From positions 23,066,001 through 23,130,000 of the forward strand of contig NC_045697.1 in assembly GCF_009834535.1 (NCBI RefSeq): DNA of 64,000 bases, given 5' to 3'. A program made the position numbers and the translations under genes. The number at the start of each line of letters is the position of its first letter. The first letter of the stretch is position 1. Shown here piece after piece: positions 21,850 to 36,100 of this stretch. Origin of the DNA: Camelus ferus. Taxonomy: Eukaryota. Under the pieces are notes generated by a model, which worked only from the letters and a program-made list of their open reading frames with translations, was not told the DNA's origin and ran no database searches.

Positions 21850-24700
21850 CTAATCTAGACAATTTTTACCATCTTAAAATTATAGAAATATCTTCTGGTT
21901 TTTCCAAAAATGTACATTTTATATATTATGTTTTTATTTTAAATCTGAAAAGTATTTTTATACTTGCTGTACATTAAATATCTAATTTGATTTTTTCCCA
22001 AGAAGTAGCCAATTATCTTTAAGACATGTTAAAAACTCATCCTTTCCCCACTACATTAAAATATCAACTTTATTGTGTATAATGCCACTTTTTTATATGT
22101 GCATATGTTGCATTTATAGCATATAGGAGATATATACATATATTTATATATTAACATCTGCTATTAGGTTTCAAATCTTTTACATTTGATTATTTACTTA
22201 TCTTTATGTCTGTGATACATTATTTTTAATTTCTGTGGATTTATGGTACAGTATGGCAAATATCTATCATTAGCTCTCCTATTCAAAAAACTATTAGCTT
22301 TTCTGCTATATTTTTCTTTACTGATGAACATTTCAGTAAGTTGGCTATGCTCCTATCTATGTTCTATATATTTTAGAAAAGTCTTGTTGCAATTTAATTA
22401 TATTATAATTTAATTTTACAATATCACCATTTTAATGTTATATGTCTCTTAATTTATTAGAAACTTTTATATTATTAAAAATTTTTATAATATTTCTTTT
22501 TTTATAAATCCATCCCTGTTCATACCTGTTTTTAATAGTTGTTATTGCCATAATAAACATCTTATGTTATTTTATTAATTTTTGTATTTTATGTTGATTT
22601 CCTCTACAACCAACATGCTACATGTATCTTATTAATTTTCATAATTTAAAGTTGATCACCCTTGTTTTATTAAGATGAATAATTGCATTATCTCCATAGA
22701 AATAACATCCTAAAAGTGATAAAAAACAATTCCTGATATTTACATTACATATATTCTTTCCTTTTTCTTGGCTGTTTTTAAGTTTCTGTTGAATTAGTGG
22801 AGGTATTTCTATTTTTTTTCCTCACTAGAATTTTTATTTAGGACTCCAGTAGCTACTATTTATCAGACTAGAGAAATTTCTTTTGATAACTAATTAATTA
22901 AGAGTGCATATTGGAAATAAATATTATATTTAGTATAATATTTTGAGGACACCTGGCAAATATCTGGTGCATATTACATAATAATCAAATTTTAATATTA
23001 TAAATTATACAAATATATTTCCTGATGTGAAAACATCATTATAAAAATATTCTATATCTTTCTCTTTCTTCAATCAATTTTTCATTTTTATCACAACACA
23101 GTTGTAAATAATTCCTTCTGTGTGCATGATAAACTTCTGAATCTTTCCCTGGATGAAAATATATTTTGCCTTTTGACTTAAGTACTTGGTTTATTTGAGT
23201 GTCCTTGAGAATATTGACTTATCATTTATCACCTGGTCACTAAAACAAAGAGCTGGTGCTAATTTGATTATTCATACATTTCAGACAACTTTCTTTTTCT
23301 TTCTGAAACCTCTTTGAACTCTTACATTTTTATTATTATTTTAACTTTTTTTTTTTTTTTTTTTGCACTTGGTGTCTGAAACTTTATCCCTCCAGCCCTA
23401 GGCAATTTTGAGAATTTATTATTACTATTACCATTACTTATTATTACAATGGATTCCTTTCTACCATTTTTTTCTCTTCTGAATTGTCTTTGAGATGCAT
23501 GAGAAAAGCTAGTCTCTTCTCTTTTTCATAACCTTTCTCTCACCCTTCACATTTCTTTGGCCTTTTACACTCACTTCTTAGAGAATGTCATGACACTGGC
23601 TCTCAGCACACAATGCACTCATCAGCTTTGTCCATCATTCTTTTTAATTCATCTAGTGAGATTCTGATATTAATTTTCACCTGAAGGTGAAACAGGAAAC
23701 TGATCATTTTCTTTTATTGCAGTTCAGCTTTACTGTTTGCTTGGATTTGGAATTTCTAATATTAATAATATTTTATACATGTAAAATAAAATATCTATTA
23801 ACACAGCTATAAGCTACGAATCACAATAATAAAATGAACAAAGTAAAAACAAAAAATAATCAAAACAGTCAAATCTACCTATGTTCTTCCCCAAATCTCA
23901 TTCCTCTGCCTCTACACTTTGAATTTTTGTTATTTATTCTTTTGCATCTTTTTTGAACTGAATTATCATCTATGCATATAATCTGAAATCTATTGTTTAA
24001 GATTAAAAAACATAAAGATAGTGTCATATACATATAGTCCACAGAAATTTGTTTTTCACTCAACTTTGTGTTTCTAAAATTTATGCATGTTGTTGTATTC
24101 ACCTTTTTTTCAAGACTGTATAAAACTCCATTGGATAAACAGTCCACAATTTTTTACCCAGTCTTCATTTTATGAACAAGTGACTTATGTTTCTGGTTTT
24201 ATTCTGTTTTGTCTTTGTTTACTCCTTCATTCAATGATGTGTATGTCTCTTCAAGGGTATGTGCAGGAGTCATGTAGGTACTATACGTACAAGTGGAATT
24301 TCCGGGTATATTTATCTTCGGTTTCATGAGATAATACCAGTTGTTTCCCAACAGTATTATACTAATTTATATCTAATTCTTTAATTATTATAACTCTAGA
24401 ATCCTGTATATTTTAATACCAGTAAAAAACACTGTTCGTCATTTATTTATCAAAAATACGGTTTTTTACATCCTTTCTCCCAATTACATTTCAATATTCT
24501 TTGTCAAGTTATTGTAATCTTGTGGTAGAATGCCATTAATCTTTGCAGTTAATCTTCCCATATTAAATGCAATGCCTCATTATTTATCCAGATATTATTT
24601 TATGACTATCAGGAATGTTTGATAGTTCTCAGTATCTCCTAATATCCTAAATAGTCTATTGATTTTGTACACAGATTTCTTTCTCACTTGGCACTTTATA
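21850..24700 (-). mobile_element. Old, highly diverged L1M fragments
   Basis: T-rich tract with 'tagccaattatc..catcctttcccca', 'aaaatttatgcatgttgttg', 'ataccagttgtttcccaacag'; boundaries uncertain. Confidence 0.45.
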
Positions 24701-25933
24701 AGCACATTTCTTGGGCTGAATCACTGAAATCACATCACAGAATGCTGCATGTAAATTGTTGTTTGCTCATTTGTTTGTTTGAATAATCCAATCTCAGCTC
24801 ATCCCCTTACAGGTTAAAGCTTGATATCTAAGCATCTTCCACCTCATCCTAACTTTGTGGTAAAATCTGAAAGGCAGACCCAGCACAGGGCAGAAACAGT
24901 GTCCATTTTTGTATGCAGAGGTATTTCCTTGCTATTCTAATGGTTTTTCCTATATATTACCTGCTAATTTGATTTTTTGCACCTATATCTGTGTTTAATC
25001 CATCGCTGCTTTTAACAGGCTTGACCAGAGGTAAAGAATGATTAATGAGGAAAGTGTGGCAAGACTCTACTTTCAATTTAGTGTGTAAGAAATCAACTGC
25101 ACAATAAAGAACTGGATGAAAAAGATCATCAACAGGAAAGAACAGTGTATGAAGACAAGAAACATTTCTGTGTTCTCAGAAAACAGACAAGTAGAATGAT
25201 ACAAGTGGTTATTTTATTTCTAGCTATGCTGCATTTATTCACAACAAAATATCAATGAAAACAGTATCAAAAATACCTTCAAAATCAAAAAAAGGAAAAC
25301 ATGGCATTTTTTAATTAAATTGCTGAGTTTGGAGAGGAAGCCTCTTTTATTAGATCATGTTTAGCCAAAAGCAACCTAAGGAGAGGACTTGAATTGAGGT
25401 GGTTAATTTCAGTGATGTCCCAAGGAGCAGAGGTGAGGAATCAGGAAGAGAAATACAAAGCAGCTTAAGGGTACATTGTACAAGTGCCTGCTCCATTGAG
25501 TCCTTAAACTAAAAGTAGCAACTTAATAGAATATCCAATTGAAATATCGTCTGTAAAGAGGAAAATATGTCTTAGCTATCTCTAAATCAAAAACTTTAAC
25601 TATAACCTGGGAAAATCCTACTGAGGGAAAAGGCTAAACAAAAAATTCTTTAATTCTTTCCTGCTGAAAGAGAATAACTCACACTATCAGAAGGTGATAA
25701 CACAAGGTTTAAACAAAATCGTCTGAATCTATACGTATCTTAGAAGTATAATCAACTTCCAATTTTAGAGTTAATAAGCCTTACTTGACTAATTTATATA
25801 CATATGAATAATTTTTTTTCCCCCAGTTTTCCAGTTTCCTAACTCTTTTAGATGAAAAGGCAAAGAAAGCATTTTAGAATTTGATGTCAAGGGCAAATCT
25901 TTAATGACTATGGTAAGTTTCTTGTCATCCTCT

Positions 25934-26362
25934 TGTAAAACAAAGGATGTTGCTACCGTCCAGTTCTACAAGAATCGAGTCATTAGCCACAACAATCATT
26001 GACATACAGTACACCCCGAAAGGAGTTCGAGGTGAAGATCAGGATGAGGCACTGTGTGCTCTGGGAAAGCGGGCAGAACTAGCCCTCAGATAGTAAGGTA
26101 TTTAGGGGAAATTTTAATGAACCTGAATTCTTGCATCCTCTTATACTTAGGAAAGCACTAAAATAATTCATTGAGAGATTTCTTCCTCGTACCCTTGATT
26201 ACATGTACCCCTTCACTAAAATCATATATACACTGATCCCCAACATCTTTGGAAGAGTTTCTCAGAGATTTCTGAGGCTGTCTTTGGGCTATAGTCCTCA
26301 GTAAGACATTGAATAAACTCAACTCACAGCTCTTATATTGTGCCTCTTTTTTCCGGACAACA
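25934..26362 (+). mobile_element. ERV1-type solo LTR distantly related to the 3446/4005 family
   Basis: Shared blocks 'aaacaaaggatgttg', 'ttctgaggctgtc..tgggctatagtcctcag', 'gaataaactcaactc'; ends ...CAACA; no clean TSD seen. Confidence 0.65.
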
Positions 26363-27841
26363 TACCAATAAAATTTGCCTTCAAATGTCAAGTATACCCT
26401 CCCATTTAAAAATGATCACTTATAAAACAATTAATAAAGAATCTATCAAGTGACTTGCCTCTTACATGTCTCCCAGTCTAAAATTCCTCTGCTGAATTCT
26501 TTCAAAATGGATTTGGAAAATATTAATAATCATGATTCCAACACGCTCTGGAAGAGATTTGCCTACTTTCAGCTTCTACCTTTCACAAATACAGGGTGAA
26601 AGTGGTTTACATAGTTTCACATTTAAACACTTTGCTAAATGAATTCACCTTTTTTTTGCTTTATACAAAAACCATGAAATTGAATGCTTTAAGAAATTAT
26701 TGCTCCTTTTACCAAGAGATCAGTGGTTATTTAGTATACATTTGCATTTATTAAATGTGCAGTTGTAAAGTACTGTTAATGATTTTATTCTCCAGTGTGG
26801 GAGGTGACTTACGATTCTTTAACCACCCCCTCAATTCACAGACACACACACATACACACACATAAAATGCTCAACGTGTATTTTCTGTTTAGCTTAATTA
26901 CTCCATGGACTGTTATTCTTTCATAATCATGTATTTTTAATGCCATTTTAAATGCATATAGCAAAACAACATCTGTTTAATCTCCTTGTTTTAAACTTTA
27001 TATTGATAACTGAAAAATCTGAAACAAATCTGCACGAGGTACTTTCAGTCCCAGTAACATCGGGCACGTATGACAGACGTGTTCAGCTGCTTCCATTTTC
27101 ATACAAATGTGGGGACGGAAGCCTGAGGCGATGTGAATAGCAGCTCTTCAAACTTCAAAGGATCTGTGAAGGATTCTTGCTCTGCTCTTGCCATCATGAA
27201 TTGGCCTATGCTTGGGGAGCAATTAAAATTAAATTGTCTCTGAACAGCAGAAAGTGAAAAGCTCTAGTTCTGAGTCAGAACATACTCTATCACAGTAGTG
27301 GCAAAGGAGAAGGGTTAAAAAAAGAGCAAAGTTAACACCACAGAGAAGAGGGACATGACATTTTCTATTCAGAGTATATATTTTCCAGATAACATGTGAT
27401 TGTAAGCATATTTTTTCACATGTCCTACTCTTCTAGAATAGATACCTGTGTGTGGTATATTTATATGTATACAGGCATACACACTCATGCACATATATAA
27501 TGGTCATTATGCACTATTAAAAGATCAATGCATCATCCTTGTACATTAATCCTTTAAGCATATTAAGCAGTTGTTATACTTCCTAACTTCAATAGTGTAA
27601 AGAAAGCCCTTAGAATTAGTCACAAAATTATACAATGCCTATTAAAAGTGCAGTCAACTTTCACTTTTCTGAGATTACATACATCCATTAGCATGGATGA
27701 TTAACATGTTTTTTATCCCCCAAATCATCTTTTTTTTTATGTTACCTTAAACTGTACACTTTTAATTTTATTTGGCTTAAGCCAAATTATAGGGAAAAAT
27801 CCATTTGGAATTCAGAATTAGTTATTCACCTTGAAAACCAA

Positions 27842-27878
27842 ACACATACACACACACACACACACACACATACACACA
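27842..27878. repeat. (CA)n microsatellite
   Basis: acacatacacacacacacacacacacacatacacaca. Confidence 0.9.
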
Positions 27879-28069
27879 GGCCTTACTCATCATATGACTT
27901 GATTATTCGCATGATTAGTACCATGACTGTCTTGGCCAACTGTCTTCCTATATATAGTATTACTATTTTAGGGAACTCTTTACCAGAATGGTAATGATTG
28001 ATGATAACTTAATTGTTTTTCATCTATTTTTATATATAGTAATTAACCTTAGCAAATCTCAAACTCCCA

Positions 28070-28243
28070 AAATAGATAAAAAATAAATTTTTTCTGTATA
28101 GCACAGAGAACTATATTCAATATCTTTACCCTTAATAAAAATATGAAAATGAATATATGTATATAATATGCATGACTGGGAAGTTATGCTGTACACCAGA
28201 AATTGACATGTTGTAACTGACTATACTTCAATTAAAAAAAAAA
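28070..28243 (+). mobile_element. Short L1 3' end (cetartiodactyl type)
   Basis: 'ctgtatagcacagagaactatattcaatatc...gctgtacaccagaaattgaca..gtaactgactatacttcaattaaaaaaaaaaa'. Confidence 0.75.
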
Positions 28244-28909
28244 ATACCTTAATGGTTAGTTTAAGGAACTCCTGATAAATCATTTAAGACTGATCAACTT
28301 TTCGAGACAGAGAATCAAATGACTATTTACACACCAAGATGCTCCAAAATCCTTGTCCCCAAACCTATCCTAAACTACTGTATCATGATCTTTATCCAAA
28401 ACCAATCAAGCCCTTGGATTGAAAGACTCAATTTAAGCCAGACCACCAAATATCATAAATGTGCACTTTCCTCTCTAGGATGCTACTAAGCTTCTATCAA
28501 AGTCTGATTCCCCTTCACCACAGTAAGCAATCAGCTTACCTCTGACCTAGTGAGAGTTCAAGATGGAGCCATGAAGCAGCACCCAAGTGGCTGATATATA
28601 CTTAGATAACTGAAAGGCAAAGGCAATTGGGAGGTACCAGGGCAAGAAATATGCCCCTAGATCCATAGTTATTCTCAACCATTTAAGAAAAAAAAAAATA
28701 GTTGACGTGATGCTCAACCCAATAAACACACATGGGATCTAATCTCAGAACGAAATTTCACACACCAATGAAGTATTTACGTGACATCATCCACAGTGAT
28801 GTAGCTTAGATTTTCTTCTATCAGTTTTACAATTTTTTCCATATTGTATTCAAAATTTTCCCTGCATTCTTCTTAACTCCAACTTATTTCAAACACACAT
28901 ATTCAAAAT

Positions 28910-29019
28910 GAAGAAGAAGAAGGAAGAGGAGAAGGTGGAGGAGCAGGAGGGGGAGAGAGAGGGGAAAGGGGAGGGGAGGGCAAGGGGGGAAGAGCAGGAG
29001 GGGGTGAAGGAGGAGAAAA
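28910..29019 (+). repeat. Purine-rich GA low-complexity tract
   Basis: ~110 bp almost entirely G/A with several GGG(G) runs. Confidence 0.85.
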
Positions 29020-32000
29020 CAGAAAACTTACGTCTGACTGTCTATATAGGAAATGGAAAGGGTTAAAATAAGGGCATGTAGAAACCTGAGGTCTGGATTG
29101 TAAATTGGCATGAATTTAAAATCAGAGAATCTTTCTGGGAAAATGAAACTTTTTGAACAATGGTAGATATCATAGTTACCAGAAGAAGCTAAAATTATTT
29201 GAGTAGGAAAGTTATTTTAAATAAAGAATTAAACCGTTTCATACATACTGATTATAACTTGCTATATATGATTTTATTATTTTTATGTGATTTCCATTGT
29301 TACAGTATTGTGTTTAAGATTCTTCTCTCAGTATCCAACCAACCTCCCCCCATCCCCACCCCCATATGTGTCATTTTCCCCAGCCCTGACCTTTCTGGGA
29401 AAGACTGTGTTGTTTGCTAGAACTGGAACTGAATTGTGGAGATTCAGTAAGTTTGTGTATAATGTTTAGGAAAGCATCTGGCACATAGTAATCATTCAAT
29501 AAATAGAAGTTTGACATTACTAGTTGCTTTGCACTTGTTTATTTAGAAACAGCATTTTCTCCTTTTAAGAACTTCTGCTGGAAAACACAGAAATACACAA
29601 TGAAAAAAATCAATAGTTACCCCACCTCCCAATATAAACATTTGATAAACACTGTTAACATCTGGTATATTTCCTTCTTCTCTTACGTTTATTTATCTGG
29701 ATGTATATTTGCATGCTTCTATGCTTCTAAAATTTAAATATATTGAGTATACATTTTTGTAATCTGTCATAGTTCATATAATATTATTATATTAGAATTT
29801 TTATGGTCATAACACTTTTTCTAATACTTTGATCAAATACTTATGATCTTATTGTTTACATAGTTTATGAATGTTTGTTTATAAACTACTTGTACTTATT
29901 TTCTGTCATATTCATCTTGAGACATGGTATATTTTTCCTTTATTAAATATCATAGAATTATGCTAAAAAGCATCATGGCCTTACTAAATGACCCTCTTTA
30001 TTCCAAAATTCTTACACAATACACTATTTGTTAGTGAATGTTAGCCCTGTGGGCTCTAAATTCGGCCTGTTAGGGCTTGAAACTATCCATTTTTAGCTAT
30101 TTCACTTTGAATTCTTAACATTCCCGTTTATATCTGGAAAATAGGAAAAGAACACCTCACAGAAATATTGTGAGGTTAAATGAAATACTTCATTCAAAGT
30201 ATTGAACCACATAATTAATTGTTCAATGAAATTTGTCAATTTGTCTCATTAGCAAATAAATTAAAATTATAATGATACTTTGAAGTGCATTGTTCAGTAA
30301 ATGAAGTCACTATTTTTAGAATAAAATATATTTAAAAGTTTTGTTTGTATTTATCTACTGGCAATCTTTCTATATATATCCTCTGCTAAACATCTCCCAT
30401 GTGCTGTAACTGTTCTTTAAATTTTTTTGGTAATTCAGCCACGACCCTTTATTTGAAAAGTGTCATTTTCTCTTTCTGTTACTTCACTACTTCTCTGGCT
30501 GTAGCATGATATCAGTGAACATTCTCAATATTACTAAGAATATACTTAAAATGCAACTTGGGTTCCTACTTCACAAATTTAGCTGGTAGTCACTGTAAGT
30601 GGAAAGGTTTATAAAACAGTTTCATTCATTCTGTTTCCAAAATAATCTCTACAGTTAAACAGAGAAAAGCATTAAAATACAGATAGGTGCACAGACACAC
30701 ACACACACGCACATACATACACACACACATATACAGCATCAGAGCTACTGAAATTGTCATAGGGTAGATAAATGCAGACAAACATGAATAATGCAAAGTC
30801 ACCATCTCTGGAGCAAAATGGGCATCAAAAGATGTGAAGTCAGTTACCCTTGAGGAACAATGAAGCTGTAGGTAGCCTGAAATATTTAAATTAAATCACT
30901 ACTGATATGCAATATACTCCCTGAAAGAAATAATTGAGGAGGAATTAGCTTTTTTAGTCCTCTAAAATACCATTTATTATGTACTTGAATTAAACAAAAA
31001 TATATTGATGGAGTTATATATCTGTACATACATAGGTATGCATTTAAACATGGATTTTTTTAGTTTGCTATTGCTGTTGTAACAAATTACCACAAATTTA
31101 GTGGCTGCAGAAAACTGTTTATTATTTCAGTTTTGTAGGTTAGAAGTACAGTAGTAACATTGATTTTGTCTACCAAGTCTCTTTAGCCTTGGAAAATATA
31201 TTCACGTGCATAACATCAGGTGGTGAAAGTCACAGGAGCCAAAATCTTACCTACTACAGCTGAAGAATCTTCACTTTTATATACATATTCAAAACATATT
31301 TTATGAGGTGTAAATTGTATGACAGGAAACATGCTAAGAATTTTCCCCTAAATTATTTGATTTAATCCTCACAATGTGTCTATTAAATAAATATTATAGA
31401 CATTTCATAAATGAGGATGCATCTATTCAAAATGATTAACTAGTCTATCCAGTAAAACAAAATGAGTTTAAGTCAGCCTGAATTTGAACCGAGAGCTGCC
31501 TGACACCAAAACTCAGACTTCTAATTACTCTGATTCTTATTAATGTGACAAGAAACATACACTCACATGAAGATTCTTATAAGTTAACTCAGGTCTAAAT
31601 ATGAATTAACGAATTAATTGTTGAATTAATTTTTGAATATGTCAATAGATTTAACAATAATGTCATATATAAGGGTGCCATGATTACAATTATACACACA
31701 CACACACACACACAGGCTGTTGTTGCCTACAGGTTTTATTTTAGAAAAATAATATTATTTTCAAAGCAGCTATATAAATTCACCAATGAATTTTTGTAAT
31801 TAAATCTAATTTTTAAAGATTTTAGAAAGCATTCAAGCATTCTTCTTGAACTTTCTTTCTAGTGAAGTGTAAGTATAAAATTCAAAGAATCTTTATGGTT
31901 TTCTACTTTTTAAAATTTATTTTCTCATTTTATCTACCTCTATTTCATACTTCTATTTTCATATAGGCACATTAGAATAGTAAATTTATTTTAGAAAATA

Positions 32001-32041
32001 GAACACCTATGGTACTTATGGAAACCGGTCTCCTAATTCAC

Positions 32042-32087
32042 GGAACATATATAATTGAGAGCAATTGCTCTCAATTATATATGTTCC
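32042..32087. repeat. Perfect 46-bp palindrome with no spacer
   Basis: ggaacatatataattgagagcaa|ttgctctcaattatatatgttcc; the halves are exact reverse complements. Confidence 0.95.
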
Positions 32088-34734
32088 TTGTGTCTCCAGA
32101 GCAAGTCATTCTCTGATTGTCTAGTGTTGCCAATGCATTTTAGATAATACTCGTTCATGATCACGGCAGCTTGTGCATGAGCACAAGGAAAAGGAGAGTT
32201 TTAAATAACTTTTCCTCCCGTAAATGATCACGTTGTTTGTCTTCACTGGTTTTACTCACTTTCAGCCTTACAGGCGGCGGGGCAAATATATTCTCAAGCT
32301 TGTCAACCTTTGCCCCGCACGTCAAATATCTCACTCTCTTGTGCTGTCAGTTACACCTTTGTGTCCTTTCAAAATCTATAGCGGACACTCCAGCTTCACG
32401 TAGTATGAACGCAGTCAACGTCTGTCATTCTTGCTCACAAGACAATGATACTGCTCAAGGGAGGTGGTAACATTGCTGCTCCTTTGTTGTTACCTGCCTG
32501 GAAGGACACCACTCACAGGGGAGAGTTATGCTGGATTCCATTTGCTTGTCAGCTCTGTCACATCTTTTTCCTCTGGCTATATATTTTGTGATTATGGTTT
32601 CATCATTTTCTGTGATTATACTACTGAGAGTCCTTTCTACAGTGACAGTTTCTGTTGGACATTAATTTTAACCACGGATCTGAGTTTGGGAACATGTAAT
32701 GACAATTTGGAGGAGAATACTGTATGTTTCATGATACACAATTTTCTTATAAATCAGAAGTCCACTGCATAGCTCAAAATGACCCCAAATTATATATTGT
32801 GTTTATCTGGGGAGGGGGTGACAAAACTATGCATGCAATTTTCAGTGAATTAGTATTAGAGACAGATTTTATGAATGTATTTCTCCAGTCAATTTTGGTA
32901 TACACAACTAGCTTTTGGTCAGCTTGTCCTAGATGTACTAAGCAGTCAGCTCTATGAGAGGTCAGGATACTGAACTTGGCATCTCCATCCTATATGGTAA
33001 TACGATATACTCCGATACTCTAATTTTTAGAAACTCTATCAAAATCTAAAGGGAAGAGGTCAGAACTTTTCCAGTTAAATCATTTTTAGATGATTAGAGG
33101 CTGACTCTGAATAAAACGGAAATTATTTTCGAATGTTTATGTCATGACACATAATTTGTAAATATGGTGCTAGTAGTGGCACTGCTGTTTTGTAGACATG
33201 TAATATGAAAAGATGTTTTTATCACCTACACAAATCCTAAAAGTACTATGTTCAAAAATAGTAACAAAAGAATGGCAGAAGGAAAAGTCCATTCCATGTG
33301 TCAATAAGCACCTATAATTCTTCCCCAGACACAGTACTTGTGTCTGTCTTTTTTATTTACTTATTTACTAACTTACTTGGCTTCTTTTCTTCATGATCCT
33401 CTTTCTCAAACTGTAGGCATATTAAGCAGTAGGGTTTCATAGAAAGATTACACCTTAACATTATTGCCTCAAAGCTGGATCCCTTTTTTATAATTGATAC
33501 ATTTTAGTGGAACTTACAGCTTAGAACTATTTCAGTATTCCTTCCTGCTATAGAGTACAAAGAGATCCTCATGGTTGGAAAACCTGAGACCTTAAAATCC
33601 TGCAGTCTATTTCCTTTCAGTCTTTTCTAGCAAAGTAAATAAATGCCATCTGAACTAATCTGTTCCATGTAATAATGTGTTATCAGTAGTAAAGAGCAAA
33701 CAATGTACACTAACATGCTGGATTTCCAATCACCACCACAAAGATACAGACTCAACAGGTACTGGTTCCACCTGCCAAAGTAATGGAGGCGACAGGTCTA
33801 CTTCATCATTCCCAGTAGCACCACCTAATTCCTGGCTGCCTGCCTCTCAACTACCTACCCATTGCCACTCAAATTTAAGTTATTTTTTTTCAGACAATGT
33901 CCTTTCAAATTACCAATTTCTATGTTAGTTAGTGTAGTCCTAGTTTCTGCAATGAAGAAAACATCAGTGGAAGATTATTTTTTTCTGATGTTCCTGGCCG
34001 GTAGTTGTTTTTCAGTTACAAAAAGATTGGAGGAAACAGGCTACTTCTATGTCACATCTTATCCACCACTGTCATCACAAGCAATCTGTCAAGAAAAAGA
34101 GCAAGGTGAAATCACACATCATTAAGTGCCTTAACCTAGAAATGTTTCATTTCACATCATCTTTCGTCTCATTGGCAATAACACTGCATCTGATCCACTG
34201 ACACCCAAAGGCTGAGAAATATAGAATCAAACTGGGCAGCTCTTTCAAGATCATATTGTTGCACTATGGATGGGGTGGGCAAGATGTTAATAAATATGTA
34301 ATTTTTTTTAGGAGATATGTGTGAGAGGGCAGACGTGGGTGTGAAAGGAGTGTTGTACTTTGTGTTGTTCTGGGAAGAACTGAGAGCATATTACATATAC
34401 TCTGAAAAAAAAAACTTTGAGCGTATTACTTTTCCACATAAACACAAATATTTAAGGAAGGGAAATATTTATAGCTTCATAGAGTTGTTGTGAAAATTAA
34501 ATGGGTTTATGCAATAATTTTACACATATGGGTTATGATTCTTTGCTTTTATTCCTTTTTTATTACTATCAGTAAAAGTCGAAGCTTTAGCATATATATG
34601 TATATAAAAAGAATGAGCTTAACAATATTCTGAAGATTATTATACAATAGTATAAGGTCAAACTGTATGAAATTGTCATTTTTATAGGTTAAAAAGTTCA
34701 GATATCAGCAAATCCTTTCAATCAGATCAAATAT

Positions 34735-35334
34735 GAAAGGAAGGATATTTTGGTTCCAAGATCTTCACCCATTGGTGTTACTACTGTAAATGCGTAAATG
34801 AGTTAGTTCACAGAACGAAAGGACTTTGAAGATGGAATTAAAGTTGTTAATCATCTGACCTTAAAATGAGAAGATTATCCTGAATTATGTATGGCTCAAT
34901 ATAAGAATGCAGGCCCTTAAAACCTGAGGGGAAAAATGCAAGTGTCAGTGAGAGGGAAGTGGCAAAAGAGAAAGCAGAACACAAAGGCATGGGAAGAACT
35001 CAACTCACCTTCTCTAGGTTTGAAGACAAAGGAGCTAGGCACGAAAAAATACAGGTGGCCTCTAGAAGCTAAGAACAATGCCTGGCAGACAGACAGTAAG
35101 AAAACTGGGATCTCAGTCCTACATCCACAATGAATTAAATTCTGCCAGCAAACTACTTGAGCACAGAAGTAGATCCTAAAGTCTCCAGTAAAGAGCTCAT
35201 CTCTGCTGGCCTGTTGATTGTAGCCCAATGAGATTCATGTCAAACTCTGACCTACAACTGTGAGATTATAGATTTGTGTTGCTTTAAATTGTGAAGTTTA
35301 TAATTTTTTAGAGCGGTAATAGAAAATTAACACA
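34735..35334 (+). mobile_element. MLT1 (D/E-like) MaLR LTR
   Basis: 'ggactttgaagatggaattaaag..tgaccttaaaatgagaagattatcctg', 'ggcctctagaagct', 'aattctgccagcaa', ends 'aatagaaaattaacaca'. Confidence 0.7.
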
Positions 35335-35359
35335 TCGACTTTTACAATAAATTCTTAGA

Positions 35360-36100
35360 CTAACCACTTATTCTAGTCTTTCTTCTGTAATGGTCATTTA
35401 ACTCTTCTCCCTTGCTCTGCCACCCAGTCAAAGTTATTTTCCGTAAGGCAGGCTGAGCAATCCCTTAAAATATGAATCAACTGTTGTCATTGTCTTGCTG
35501 TAGCCTCTCCAATGGCTTCTCATCATAGTTTTACTTAAATCTAAAATTCTCTTTGGCATCTATAAAGCCTCATAATTTTCCACCAACTAAGTTTTTTCCA
35601 TAAGGTGACTCAAACCTTAGAGACTTCTTCCTGCTTCTCAAGCATGCCAAGCACATTTCCATCTCAAGAAATTTTTATGTGTTCTTCCCTTTACCTGCAG
35701 AGTTCTTTCTTCAATATTGGGATGCTGCTAATTCACACCTGCAAAAATTGAACCGACACCTGGTGTTTGTAAGACTCAGGGCTGGATAGTCTCTTCCTCG
35801 ATTCTTCAACTGGCTTAGTCCCCATCTCTCTCTAAAACTCTAAAAAGCAATTACTTCTTCCAGAAAACATTACTTAAAACCTGCTCACTTTTCACCTAAT
35901 ACTTGGTTATATGCTTCTCATAGTTCCTCCTGACAGCATTTTGCTTATGCACATTGATCTCTATTTAATTTGTCTATATGTCTAGCCCGCCCTCAAGTCC
36001 TCATGGGAAGTCACTGTATCTTACTCACCTTTGAATCCACAGAATCTAGAGTGGTACCAGGGACATAAAGTAAGGTCAGTCAGTATTTGTCAAATGCTGA
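35360..36100 (+). mobile_element. L2 3' region
   Basis: 'ctccaatggcttct', 'gcatgccaagcacatttccatctcaag', 'gaatctagagtggtaccagggacata..cagtatttgtcaaatg'. Confidence 0.55.

Noticed and set aside
27030..27135. CpG cluster as a regulatory island (similar one at ~54080-54190)
   Set aside because: Only about 6 CpGs each and within MIR-like sequence; too short to support a claim.
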